Sequence record: DRR723986_5549
Length of the DNA stretch: 55,688 nt
Reading direction: 5' to 3' (one strand)
Of this stretch, positions 21,697 to 30,488 are shown one piece after another. The notes under the pieces were generated by a model. It did not search any database and was not told the DNA's origin. It saw only the letters and a program-made list of their open reading frames with translations. Position numbers and translations under genes: made by a program. Numbering within the stretch: position 1 is the first letter of the stretch; the number at the start of each line of letters is the position of its first letter.

Positions 21697-23394
21697 TTAT
21701 GCAGTCTCCATTACGCGGTCACGCAGCTCCCGACGTAAGACTTTTCCAACAGGTGATTTTGGCAAATCATCGACTAAACAAATAGTTTTAGGCACCTTAT
21801 AACTTGTGAGGTGGTCTCTGCAGTATGAAATAATCATTTTCTCATTAAGCGCCCGGTCACGCAGCACCACAAAAGCAACAACTCTCTCACCCGTTGACGC
21901 ATCAGGCGCACCAACAACTGCTGCTTCCGCGATGCCAGGGTTCTTCGTCAACACATCCTCAATATCCACGGGAAAAACATTAAAGCCGGACACAATAATC
22001 ATATCTTTAATGCGGTCCACGATGGTCAGATACCCCTCTTCATCCATCTTGCCCACATCACCGGTCTTTAACCAACCGTCAGTGAAAGACTGTTCCGTGG
22101 CCTCAGGGCTATTGAGATACCCTTTCATCACCTGTGGGCCCTTAACCCACACTTCGCCGGTTGCCCCTAAAGCAACGTCTTTTCCCTCGCCGTCAACAAT
22201 GCGCAATTCAGTTCCGGGAATGGGCGTACCGCATGTGCCTCGTTTGGGTGGCTTGTTAAGGGGCATAGTCGTTACAACGCACGTGCACTCTGTCATGCCG
22301 TAACCCTCATAAATCTGCTGGCCCGTAAGCTTTTCCCAGGCATCTGCCGTTGCAGGCTGCAAAGGTGCAGCGCCAGAATAACATGCCCGCAATGACGCCG
22401 GAGGCTTCTCCAGAAACCAGCTTTCCTGCATTAAGCCCATATAAAGCGTATTAATACCCGGCAGAATACTGACATCAAATTTATCAAAAGCATGTTTGAG
22501 ATTAATCAAAGGCCGTGGAACTGGTAGCAGCACCACATGCACACCGTTGCGCATACTGGCCAAAGCCCCCACTGCCAGTGCGTATACATGATACAAAGGC
22601 AAGATAAGAAGCATTACATCGCTATCTAAATGCTCAAGGCTATCATCACGCTTATCCGCCTGCGACAAGTTCCCAACCACATTATAGTGGCTAAGAGCAG
22701 CGCCTTTGCTGCGCCCTGTTGTGCCGCCGGTATATTGGTATATAGCAACATCATTTGCAGACTGATTGCTTCTGTATTTCTCAGTGCTACCCACTGTTTT
22801 TAAATGCTTAAGACCGCTTGCGATGACGGATTGAGTGGTACCAGCAACCTCACCGTTAAACTTAGGGATAGCCTTTTTGACGTATTTCATGGCTGCACCA
22901 AGAAGCAGCCTCTGCGCAGCGGGAAAGAAATCCAACAATGACAGCTTATACACGCGTTCCACAGCTGTCCCGTCAACGGACTGGGCAACCCGGTCACCAA
23001 AAACATCAATAACAAACCAAATTTTTGCGCCACTATCTTTCAGCTGATGATTGGTTTCATCCACCGTATAAAGCGGGTTCACGTTAGTAACAGTAAGCCC
23101 TGCCTTCAGAATACCAAATGCAATGATAGGATAGGCCAATGTATTTGGAGATTGAACCGCAACAACATCGCCGTCCACAAGGCCTAATTCCTCGCGCAAA
23201 TAGGCAGCGACAGCATCTGAATACCGACCCAGTTCTTCAAAAGTTAAAGTTTGCGTATGACCTGTAGGCAAAACGCAACTGAAGGCCTTTTTTGCTGAAT
23301 GACTGCGAACACATTCGTCAACCAAACTGCCTAAATGGTTAGAAAGCAGATCCTCAGAGCTGAAAGGAATGTGACTAGTATAGGGTGCGCCCAT
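21697..23394 (-). CDS. Long-chain-fatty-acid--CoA ligase (FadD-like)
   Basis: NVNPLYT, QYTGGTTGRSKGA, LPLYHVYA, EGYGMTE, GPQVMKGY, TGD, DRIKDMIIVSGFNV, PKSPVGKVLRR. Confidence 0.92.
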   Translation of the reverse strand: MGAPYTSHIPFSSEDLLSNHLGSLVDECVRSHSAKKAFSCVLPTGHTQTLTFEELGRYSDAVAAYLREELGLVDGDVVAVQSPNTLAYPIIAFGILKAGLTVTNVNPLYTVDETNHQLKDSGAKIWFVIDVFGDRVAQSVDGTAVERVYKLSLLDFFPAAQRLLLGAAMKYVKKAIPKFNGEVAGTTQSVIASGLKHLKTVGSTEKYRSNQSANDVAIYQYTGGTTGRSKGAALSHYNVVGNLSQADKRDDSLEHLDSDVMLLILPLYHVYALAVGALASMRNGVHVVLLPVPRPLINLKHAFDKFDVSILPGINTLYMGLMQESWFLEKPPASLRACYSGAAPLQPATADAWEKLTGQQIYEGYGMTECTCVVTTMPLNKPPKRGTCGTPIPGTELRIVDGEGKDVALGATGEVWVKGPQVMKGYLNSPEATEQSFTDGWLKTGDVGKMDEEGYLTIVDRIKDMIIVSGFNVFPVDIEDVLTKNPGIAEAAVVGAPDASTGERVVAFVVLRDRALNEKMIISYCRDHLTSYKVPKTICLVDDLPKSPVGKVLRRELRDRVMETA

Positions 23395-23443
23395 TATAAC
23401 TCCCGGCGAATAACGCCTTTAATATTTAAACTGCAAAGTACCA

Positions 23444-24517
23444 TTAGTGTGCGCCCGGCGCTCGTTCTAAACTGTCAACCAATTTGCCGTGGTCGTCCAG
23501 TAATTCCGCGAATTCATCGGCAAGTCGTTCACTTTCGTCCACAACAATCTTCCATCGGGCCAGTCTTTCATCGTCTGAAAATTCAGTAAAGTCCTTGCGT
23601 TCCGTAATTTTACCTCCTGGCAACGCCTGCACAAACTCTGCGCTTGGCGCCAGTAGCAATACTTGATCCCACGCTGGGCCTGCTGCTCGGCGTTCAGGAC
23701 GTTTCTTGTCAAACCAGCCCGGTACGATATGGTCGTAAAAATGCGGGTATAGAACGATGCCATCATTATAGTTCCAAGGGATATCAAAATGATAGTCAAT
23801 CACGCCGCCATCTCGGTACACACCCGGCCCTGCGCCTTTGATGTCAATAACTGGCTCGGAGACAAAAGGAATAGACCCGCTGGCCATCAACGCATCAGCC
23901 AAAGTTTCCGCTAAAAGCGGCACATCTATTTTACCAAAACCCTGCCACACATCCGGGCAGGCAATATGGTTGCCGGTATAAAACACGACCCGTTCAAAAA
24001 AATTCGCCAAGTGCGCGCGCGAAACGCGGTTTGCCATGGCTGCCGTTACCATGCCCGCAACTTCAGTTGCTTTACCTTTACTGCCTGCCATGCCCTTGCC
24101 GCGCACAGCAACAATATTCAAATTACGATTGGCGTTTTCAATGAGCCGCCTTGTTTCCGAAGGCGGGTACAAATTATGGATAATATCATAAGAAGCTTTC
24201 GTCAGGTCTGCCGCACTTGAAACACTGTCGGTTCTGAACTGGAAATAGCCTTCAATAAAGGCATCAAAGGTTTTGCCCGGATTGGGGTGGGCATATACCG
24301 TCATGCGCCATGCACCGATGGACGAACCAACCAAATCAACAGGTTGTGGCGCGTTCGGCAGCCAATTATGACACAAAAAGCGATCAAGGCCCTTGAGAAC
24401 CAGCCACTTTGGTCCGCCAGATGCACCGACAATCAGCCGCAACATTTCAGGGCCCAAGCCGCATTCTTCAATGCGTCTTCGGGCAGTTTTTCCAGCGATC
24501 AACTTTAGTGCAGGCAT
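23444..24517 (-). CDS. Patatin-like phospholipase/lipase
   Basis: GASGGPK Gly-rich loop, GSSIG nucleophile, ASGSIP and DGG catalytic Asp. Confidence 0.8.
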   Translation of the reverse strand: MPALKLIAGKTARRRIEECGLGPEMLRLIVGASGGPKWLVLKGLDRFLCHNWLPNAPQPVDLVGSSIGAWRMTVYAHPNPGKTFDAFIEGYFQFRTDSVSSAADLTKASYDIIHNLYPPSETRRLIENANRNLNIVAVRGKGMAGSKGKATEVAGMVTAAMANRVSRAHLANFFERVVFYTGNHIACPDVWQGFGKIDVPLLAETLADALMASGSIPFVSEPVIDIKGAGPGVYRDGGVIDYHFDIPWNYNDGIVLYPHFYDHIVPGWFDKKRPERRAAGPAWDQVLLLAPSAEFVQALPGGKITERKDFTEFSDDERLARWKIVVDESERLADEFAELLDDHGKLVDSLERAPGAH

Positions 24518-24589
24518 TCGGTATTTTACTCCTGATGCCTGAGAATATGGCGCTGCGAATTTTTATCAAGACAGAACAGTCTGAAAACG

Positions 24590-24620
24590 AAAAAAGGCGG
24601 CTTTATAAGGCCGCCTTTTT
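24590..24620. terminator. Intrinsic terminator (A/T tracts on both sides) after the quinone oxidoreductase
   Basis: AAAAAAGGCGGC-tttataag-GCCGCCTTTTT. Confidence 0.85.
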
Positions 24621-24638
24621 GAAATATTTGAGATGCTT

Positions 24639-25613
24639 TTAGGGCGTCAATATTACTTTGCCCTTGGCACGGCGTTCCGTCAGGCAGGCATAGGCCTGTT
24701 CAACATCTGCCAGTGGGAAAACATCATTAACGCTGGCACGCACAGCCCCAGTGGCCACCATACCGAGAATCTCTTTCATATTCTGAATTTGCTCACCCGG
24801 ATTTTTGCTGGCCCAGGCGCCCCAGAACACACCTACAAGCGAGGCTTGTTTCAGAAGACATAAATTAATCGGTATTTTCGGAATATCGCCTGCGGCAAAG
24901 CCAATAACCAGCAAACGCCCGCCAGCGGCCATGCTACGAAACGCCGTTTCGGTGTAATCGCCGCCAACCGGGTCATAAATGACATCAACGCCTTTGCCAC
25001 CTGTAATCTCTTTAAGGCGCGCTTTCATATCTTCAGTGGAATAGTTGATCAATTCATCTGCGCCAGATGCCTTGCAGAATGCCAACTTTTCATCAGTGCT
25101 GGCAGCGGCAATAACTTTCGCGCCCATGGCCTTTGCCAGTTCAACTGTTGCAATGCCAACGCCGCCAGCTGCACCAAGTACAAGAACGGTTTCGCCTTCT
25201 TTAAGCTCAGCGCGCTGCTTCAAGGCATGATAGCTGGTGCCATAAGTCAGCGTAATGCCAGCCGCCATTTCAAATGACAAAGCATCGGGCATTGGGATAG
25301 CCGTCATGGCTGGCACAACGACCTTTTCTGCGAATGCGCCAGTTTGGCACATAAAGATAACCTTATCGCCAACATTCAGGTGCTTAACACCCTCACCTAC
25401 TGCAGCAATTACCCCCGCACCTTCACCGCCCGGTGTAAAAGGTAGATCTGGCTGAACTTGATATTTCCCTTGAATGATCAAAGTGTCCGGAAAGTTAAGC
25501 CCTGCCGCTTTGACATCTATCAGAACATGCCCGGGGCCGGGTGTGGGGTCTTCAACATCACCGATAACCAGCTTATCGGCCAAACCAAGCTCTTTACACA
25601 AAACAGCTTTCAT
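24639..25613 (-). CDS. NADPH:quinone oxidoreductase / MDR family (zinc-free)
   Basis: GLNFPD, G.YQ..P.LPF.PG.E, LGAAGGVG, DPVGG, IGFAAG; start MKAVLC (25613) after AAGGAG, ORF track 25664. Confidence 0.9.
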   Translation of the reverse strand: MKAVLCKELGLADKLVIGDVEDPTPGPGHVLIDVKAAGLNFPDTLIIQGKYQVQPDLPFTPGGEGAGVIAAVGEGVKHLNVGDKVIFMCQTGAFAEKVVVPAMTAIPMPDALSFEMAAGITLTYGTSYHALKQRAELKEGETVLVLGAAGGVGIATVELAKAMGAKVIAAASTDEKLAFCKASGADELINYSTEDMKARLKEITGGKGVDVIYDPVGGDYTETAFRSMAAGGRLLVIGFAAGDIPKIPINLCLLKQASLVGVFWGAWASKNPGEQIQNMKEILGMVATGAVRASVNDVFPLADVEQAYACLTERRAKGKVILTP

Positions 25614-25640
25614 GAGCCGCTCCTTATTTATATGTATCGA

Positions 25641-25664
25641 AAAAGGGGGCCGCATAGCCCCCAA
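25641..25664 (-). terminator. Short intrinsic terminator/hairpin after the thiolase
   Basis: Minus strand GGGGGC-tatgcg-GCCCCC-TTTT immediately after the thiolase stop. Confidence 0.6.
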
Positions 25665-25669
25665 TGCCC

Positions 25670-26851
25670 TTATGCAACTTCAAACAAACCCGCTGCACCC
25701 ATGCCGCCGCCAACACACATAGTACAGACAACATATTTAGCGCCGCGGCGCTTGCCTTCGATAAGCGCATGACCAACCATGCGCGCACCCGACATACCGT
25801 ATGGGTGTCCGATAGAAATCGCGCCGCCGTTCACATTAAGCAGCTCGTTCGGGATGCCCAGCTTGTCGCGGCAATAAACAACCTGCACGGCGAACGCTTC
25901 ATTCAGCTCCCACAAACCAATGTCATCCATCGTCAGGCCGTTTTTCTCAAGAAGTTTAGGGATAGCATAAACTGGTCCGATGCCCATTTCGTCTGGCTCA
26001 AGGCCCGCAACGGCAATGCCGCGGTATATTCCTAGTGGAGCCAAGCCCTTTTTCTCTGCGGTTTTTGCTTCCATCAACACAGAGGCAGATGCACCGTCAG
26101 ATAGTTGACTAGCGTTACCAGCCGTGATTGTGCCACCTTCGATAACTGTTTTAAGACCAGACAAGCCTTCGAGCGTTGTTTCCGGACGGTTGCCTTCGTC
26201 TTTCTCAAGCGTTACTTCATGGAATGACATTTCCTTCGTTTCTTTGTTCACAACAGCCATGTTGGTTGTGATAGGAACGATTTCATCGTCAAAATGCCCC
26301 GACTGCTGACCTGCTGCTGTACGCTGCTGCGACTGCAAGCCATATTCATCCATGGTTTCGCGAGTGATTCCATACCGGCTTGCAACTACTTCTGCGGTTT
26401 GCAACATCGGCATGTAAGTATCTTTGTGCATAGCAACCAGGCTTTTATCAACTGCTTGAAAACGGTTCATGTTTTCGTTTTGCACAACCGAAATACTATC
26501 GATGCCTGCACCAATAGCCACGTCCATACCGTCATGGACAATTTGTTTTGCAGCTGTCGCAATCGCCATCATGCCCGACGAGCACTGGCGGTCAATGGTC
26601 ATGCCGGAAACGGTAACCGGCAGGCCACCACGTAGGGCGGCCAAACGACCAATGTTCTGACCGGTTGAACCTTGTGTCAGGGCGCAGCCCATAATTACAT
26701 CATCAACTTCTGCGCCGTCGATGCCCGCGCGCTTAACGGCATGCTCAATGGCATGGCCGCCCAGTGTGGGTCCGAGAGTGGCATTCAAAGAGCCACGATA
26801 GGCGCGGCCAATCGGCGTCCGCGCTGTTGATACTATTACTGCTTCACGCAT
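25670..26851 (-). CDS. Acetyl-CoA C-acyltransferase (thiolase)
   Basis: [34 protein letters not shown]. Confidence 0.96.
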   Translation of the reverse strand: MREAVIVSTARTPIGRAYRGSLNATLGPTLGGHAIEHAVKRAGIDGAEVDDVIMGCALTQGSTGQNIGRLAALRGGLPVTVSGMTIDRQCSSGMMAIATAAKQIVHDGMDVAIGAGIDSISVVQNENMNRFQAVDKSLVAMHKDTYMPMLQTAEVVASRYGITRETMDEYGLQSQQRTAAGQQSGHFDDEIVPITTNMAVVNKETKEMSFHEVTLEKDEGNRPETTLEGLSGLKTVIEGGTITAGNASQLSDGASASVLMEAKTAEKKGLAPLGIYRGIAVAGLEPDEMGIGPVYAIPKLLEKNGLTMDDIGLWELNEAFAVQVVYCRDKLGIPNELLNVNGGAISIGHPYGMSGARMVGHALIEGKRRGAKYVVCTMCVGGGMGAAGLFEVA

Positions 26852-26860
26852 GGGTAATTC

Positions 26861-27781
26861 CTATCCTACTTTCACGCCGAGTGCGGCGGCTGCTTTGGTT
26901 ATAAATTTAATAGACTGCTGACCACCCTGAACAAACTCTTGTTGCCCTTCAGGGTTATCAACATCGGCAATCGCCGCTCGAACATTTTCCGGCGTTTGCT
27001 GATCAGGTGTCAGATAAATACCGTCGGTTTCATAAACGATAGCTCTGGCGAACCCGCCGCCACCGGCACACAAAATAGTGCGGTTCGGTGCCTCATCGTC
27101 GCAGAGGGTTAAAACACCCGCTGTTACAGATTCTGGCGTTAGCAAATCAAGTGCTTCTTGCGGCATTAGGCCTTCGGTCATGCGGGTTGCGGCTGTCGGC
27201 GCAAGACAATTGACATTGATGTTATATTTCGCGCCTTCAAGGCACAATGTGTTCATAAAGCCAACCAGCGCCATTTTGGCCGCGCCGTAATTGCTTTGAC
27301 CGAAGTTACCATAAAGCCCAGACGAAGAAGTTGTCATAACAATACGACCATATGCCTGCTCACGCATGATGTCCCAAACGGCTTTGGTGCATGTAACGGA
27401 TCCCATTACATGGACCTGCATAACAAAATCAAAGTCGGACAGGCTCATTTTCACAAAGGTTTTGTCGCGCAACACACCAGCATTGTTGATTAGAATGTCC
27501 GCCCGGCCCCAAGTGTCCATGGTTTTCTTAACCATGTCTGCCACCTGGCCTTCGTCGCAAACATTCGCGCCGTGGGCGATTGCCTCACCGCCGGCATCAA
27601 CAATTTCTTTTACCACTGCTTCAGCGGCAGCAGATGAACCACCCTCGCCGTGCACATCACCGCCAAGATCATTGACCATAACTTTGGCACCACGCGCTGC
27701 CAGCGCTAGTGCATGGCTGCGACCCAAACCGCCGCCAGCGCCTGTGACGATGGCAACTTTTCCCTCATAGGAAATACTCAT
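26861..27781 (-). CDS. SDR resembling the MFE-2/HSD17B4 (3R)-hydroxyacyl-CoA dehydrogenase domain
   Basis: TGAGGGLG, VNDLGG, NNAGVLRD, SGLYGNFGQSNYGAAK, P.A.TRMT. Confidence 0.88.
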   Translation of the reverse strand: MSISYEGKVAIVTGAGGGLGRSHALALAARGAKVMVNDLGGDVHGEGGSSAAAEAVVKEIVDAGGEAIAHGANVCDEGQVADMVKKTMDTWGRADILINNAGVLRDKTFVKMSLSDFDFVMQVHVMGSVTCTKAVWDIMREQAYGRIVMTTSSSGLYGNFGQSNYGAAKMALVGFMNTLCLEGAKYNINVNCLAPTAATRMTEGLMPQEALDLLTPESVTAGVLTLCDDEAPNRTILCAGGGGFARAIVYETDGIYLTPDQQTPENVRAAIADVDNPEGQQEFVQGGQQSIKFITKAAAALGVKVG

Positions 27782-27831
27782 TCTATTCTCCGAACTTACT
27801 ATCTATTTATTCTACTTTAGAAACGGCAGGC

Positions 27832-28296
27832 TTACCCGCCGATAACAACCATTGTGAGCCACTCAGCAATCAACGCCGGATGCTTCTCATCTTTAATCTC
27901 GATGGTGATTTCATTTTTTATCAGAAGGCGGTTGCCTGGCTTTTCAGTTACTTCAGTAAGCTTAACCCGCGCGCGCACATCGCTGTCCACTTTAACCGGT
28001 GCCAAAAAACGAACCTTATCACAGCCATAGTTGATGCCCATCACCGCGCCTTCAACGGCAAGCATGCCTTTACCAGCCAAATGGGACAATAACGACAACG
28101 TTAAAAAGCCATGCGCAATCGTGGTGCCAAACGGCGTCTTTGCTGCGGCTTCTTTGTCAATGTGGATAAACTGATGATCCTCAGTTACATCTGCAAATTG
28201 ATTGATGCGCTCTTGATCAATGTGAAACCAATCTGACAAACCAGTTTCTTTACCAATGTAGTTTTTGAGATCATCTTTGTTCACTGTTTCAGTCAT
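27832..28296 (-). CDS. MaoC family (R)-specific enoyl-CoA hydratase/dehydratase
   Basis: FADVTEDHQFIH (D-x4-H), TIAHGFLTLSL, NYG.DKVRF; start 28296 after GGAGAG, ORF track 28308. Confidence 0.9.
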   Translation of the reverse strand: MTETVNKDDLKNYIGKETGLSDWFHIDQERINQFADVTEDHQFIHIDKEAAAKTPFGTTIAHGFLTLSLLSHLAGKGMLAVEGAVMGINYGCDKVRFLAPVKVDSDVRARVKLTEVTEKPGNRLLIKNEITIEIKDEKHPALIAEWLTMVVIGG

Positions 28297-28395
28297 TTTT
28301 CTCTCCATTATTCGGCTGTATCATTGCCAAAGTCCTGATATCAGGTTCTGATTCAACAAATTCTCACAAGTGCTTGTTGCGAATCATATAATCAA

Positions 28396-28428
28396 AAAAC
28401 GAATCACTGATTCGAAGTGATTCGTTTT
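28396..28428. repeat. 13-bp inverted repeat with a nested palindrome (terminator and/or operator)
   Basis: AAAACGAATCACT-gattcga-AGTGATTCGTTTT; internal CGAATCA-c-TGATTCG. Confidence 0.6.
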
Positions 28429-28445
28429 ATCTATTTTATACCGCT

Positions 28446-29240
28446 CTATGGCATGGCCGATAAACCGCCATCCAACGGAATAATTCCACCAGTAATATAG
28501 CTACCAGCCCGCGAACAAAGCATCAAAAGCAGCCCTGCAATGTCCTCTGGCTCACCGCACCGATGCAAAGGCACGCGTGCCTCCATTGCTTTCTTGCGGG
28601 CGTCGTCCCGTATTACATGCGCCATCATCCGGCTAGGGAATGGTCCCGGTGCAATGGCATTTACTGTCACATGCATCGAGCCAAATTCGTTGGCCAGCAT
28701 TCGTGTTAAATGGTGAATAGCCGCCTTACTAGCACCGTAACTATAGGCTTGATTTGAAGCTGGCCGCGTACCAACAACAGAACCCAAGTTCACAATGCGT
28801 GCCGGGTCATCCGCGGTGCCAGCCTTGCGTAATAGCGGCAAAAGACATTTGGTCAGGTCCGCAACAGCTGTCACATTCAGGGCCATAACTTCGTCCCATT
28901 TGTTGCGCGGGAATTCCTCAAACGGGGCACCCCAGGTTGTGCCTGAGTTATTAACCAGTATATCCAATTGGTCTTCGTGCGAAGCAAGGGCATCGGCTAA
29001 TGCCTTAGTGCCCTCTTCCGAACTCAAGTCAGCCTGCAAGGCAATAACCGAACCTGGTCCCTCAGCATTAAACTCATCCGCAACTGCCTGACAGCTCTCC
29101 AGCCGACGAGATGCAATATATACTTTGCACCCAGCGCTAACCAATGCTTCGGTTGCCATTGTGCCAATACCGGAGCCGCCCCCTGTTACAAGGGCGACTT
29201 TGCCGCGCACGTCAAAAAGGCTATCGATATTAATCGCCAT
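28446..29240 (-). CDS. SDR family oxidoreductase (RhlG-like ketoacyl reductase subfamily)
   Basis: TGGGSGIG, NNSG.TWGAP, YGASKA, APGPFPSRM, DGG. Confidence 0.88.
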   Translation of the reverse strand: MAINIDSLFDVRGKVALVTGGGSGIGTMATEALVSAGCKVYIASRRLESCQAVADEFNAEGPGSVIALQADLSSEEGTKALADALASHEDQLDILVNNSGTTWGAPFEEFPRNKWDEVMALNVTAVADLTKCLLPLLRKAGTADDPARIVNLGSVVGTRPASNQAYSYGASKAAIHHLTRMLANEFGSMHVTVNAIAPGPFPSRMMAHVIRDDARKKAMEARVPLHRCGEPEDIAGLLLMLCSRAGSYITGGIIPLDGGLSAMP

Positions 29241-29255
29241 TAACCGCTCACCCGG

Positions 29256-30488
29256 TTAAACGCTATTGGAGCGGTATTTTTTAAGCTCCGTTCGCGCAAT
29301 AACCATGCGATGAACGGCATCAGGGCCGTCCGCGAAGCGCAGCGTACGCTGACCGTGCCACATGCTGGCGAGCGGGAAGTCCTGGCTGATTCCGCGCCCA
29401 CCATGCATCTGCATAGCTTCGTCGATAACCTCAAGTGCCATGCGCGGCGCCTGCACCTTAATCTGCGAAATGTACGGCTGTGCGGCCTGTGTGCCGATCG
29501 TGTCCATCATATAGGCTGCTTTCAGGCACAACAGGCGTGACATTTCGATGCTGATACGCGCTTCAGCAATAATGTCATAGTTGGCACCCAGTTTCGCCAG
29601 CGGTCGACCAAAAGCTTCTCGCGTTGTTGCGCGCTTGCACAAAAGCTCAAGCGCACGCTCTGCAGCACCGATAGAACGCATGCAATGGTGAATACGCCCA
29701 GGGCCAAGCCGCCCCTGTGAAACCTCAAAACCGCGGCCTTCGCCCAAAATCAGATTTTCTTTAGGAACGCGAACATTAGTAAAGCGGATATGCATATGAC
29801 CGTGTGGCGCATCATCGTGGCCAAATACCATCATTGGGCGTAATATTTCGATGCCTTCAGTACCTGGCTCAACAAAAATCATGCTGTGACGGCTTTTACG
29901 CGGCGTGTCTTCATCGCCGGTTTTAACCATAACAACATACAATGCGCAGCGCGGATCACCAGCGCCAGAGGCCCAGTACTTCTCTCCGTTAAGTACATAT
30001 GCATCACCGTCCAACACGGCGCTCATTTCAAGGTTAGTCGCATCCGATGAAGCAACATCAGGCTCGGTCATGAGATATGCAGAGCGCATTTTTCCCTCAA
30101 GAAGCGGCTTCAACCATTTATCTTTATGAGTTTGACTACCATAACGCTCAATAACTTCCATATTGCCGGTATCCGGCGCGCTACAGTTAAACGCTTCGGC
30201 TGCAATGTGTGACCGACCCATTTCTTCTGCTAGATACGCATACTCAACCGTAGAAAGGCCATAACCAGCATCTGAGTCTGTAAGCCAGAAGTTCCACAGG
30301 CCTTCGGTTTTAGCCGCTGCCTTCAAATCTTCCAGAATTTCGGTCATTCGGTCAGTAAATTCGAAACGGTTTCCATTCTTACCAACTTCGGCGTGATATT
30401 CCTCTTCAACAGGTACCACTCTATCATCAATAAACGTCCGAATTTTATCGCGCAGTTCCTGACCGCGTTTACTCAAACCCAAATCCAT
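29256..30488 (-). CDS. Acyl-CoA dehydrogenase, ACAD10/11- or LvaC-like subfamily
   Basis: GLWN, NCSAPDTGNMEV, MTEPDVASSDATN, SGAGDPRC, PHGH, QGRLGPGRIHHCMR, RTLRFADGPDAVH (Asp at the usual catalytic Glu position). Confidence 0.9.
   Translation of the reverse strand: MDLGLSKRGQELRDKIRTFIDDRVVPVEEEYHAEVGKNGNRFEFTDRMTEILEDLKAAAKTEGLWNFWLTDSDAGYGLSTVEYAYLAEEMGRSHIAAEAFNCSAPDTGNMEVIERYGSQTHKDKWLKPLLEGKMRSAYLMTEPDVASSDATNLEMSAVLDGDAYVLNGEKYWASGAGDPRCALYVVMVKTGDEDTPRKSRHSMIFVEPGTEGIEILRPMMVFGHDDAPHGHMHIRFTNVRVPKENLILGEGRGFEVSQGRLGPGRIHHCMRSIGAAERALELLCKRATTREAFGRPLAKLGANYDIIAEARISIEMSRLLCLKAAYMMDTIGTQAAQPYISQIKVQAPRMALEVIDEAMQMHGGRGISQDFPLASMWHGQRTLRFADGPDAVHRMVIARTELKKYRSNSV

Noticed and set aside
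23444-24517. Patatin as a CBASS (CapV-like) defence effector
   Set aside because: No nucleotide cyclase or other defence gene nearby; neighbours are lipid-metabolic
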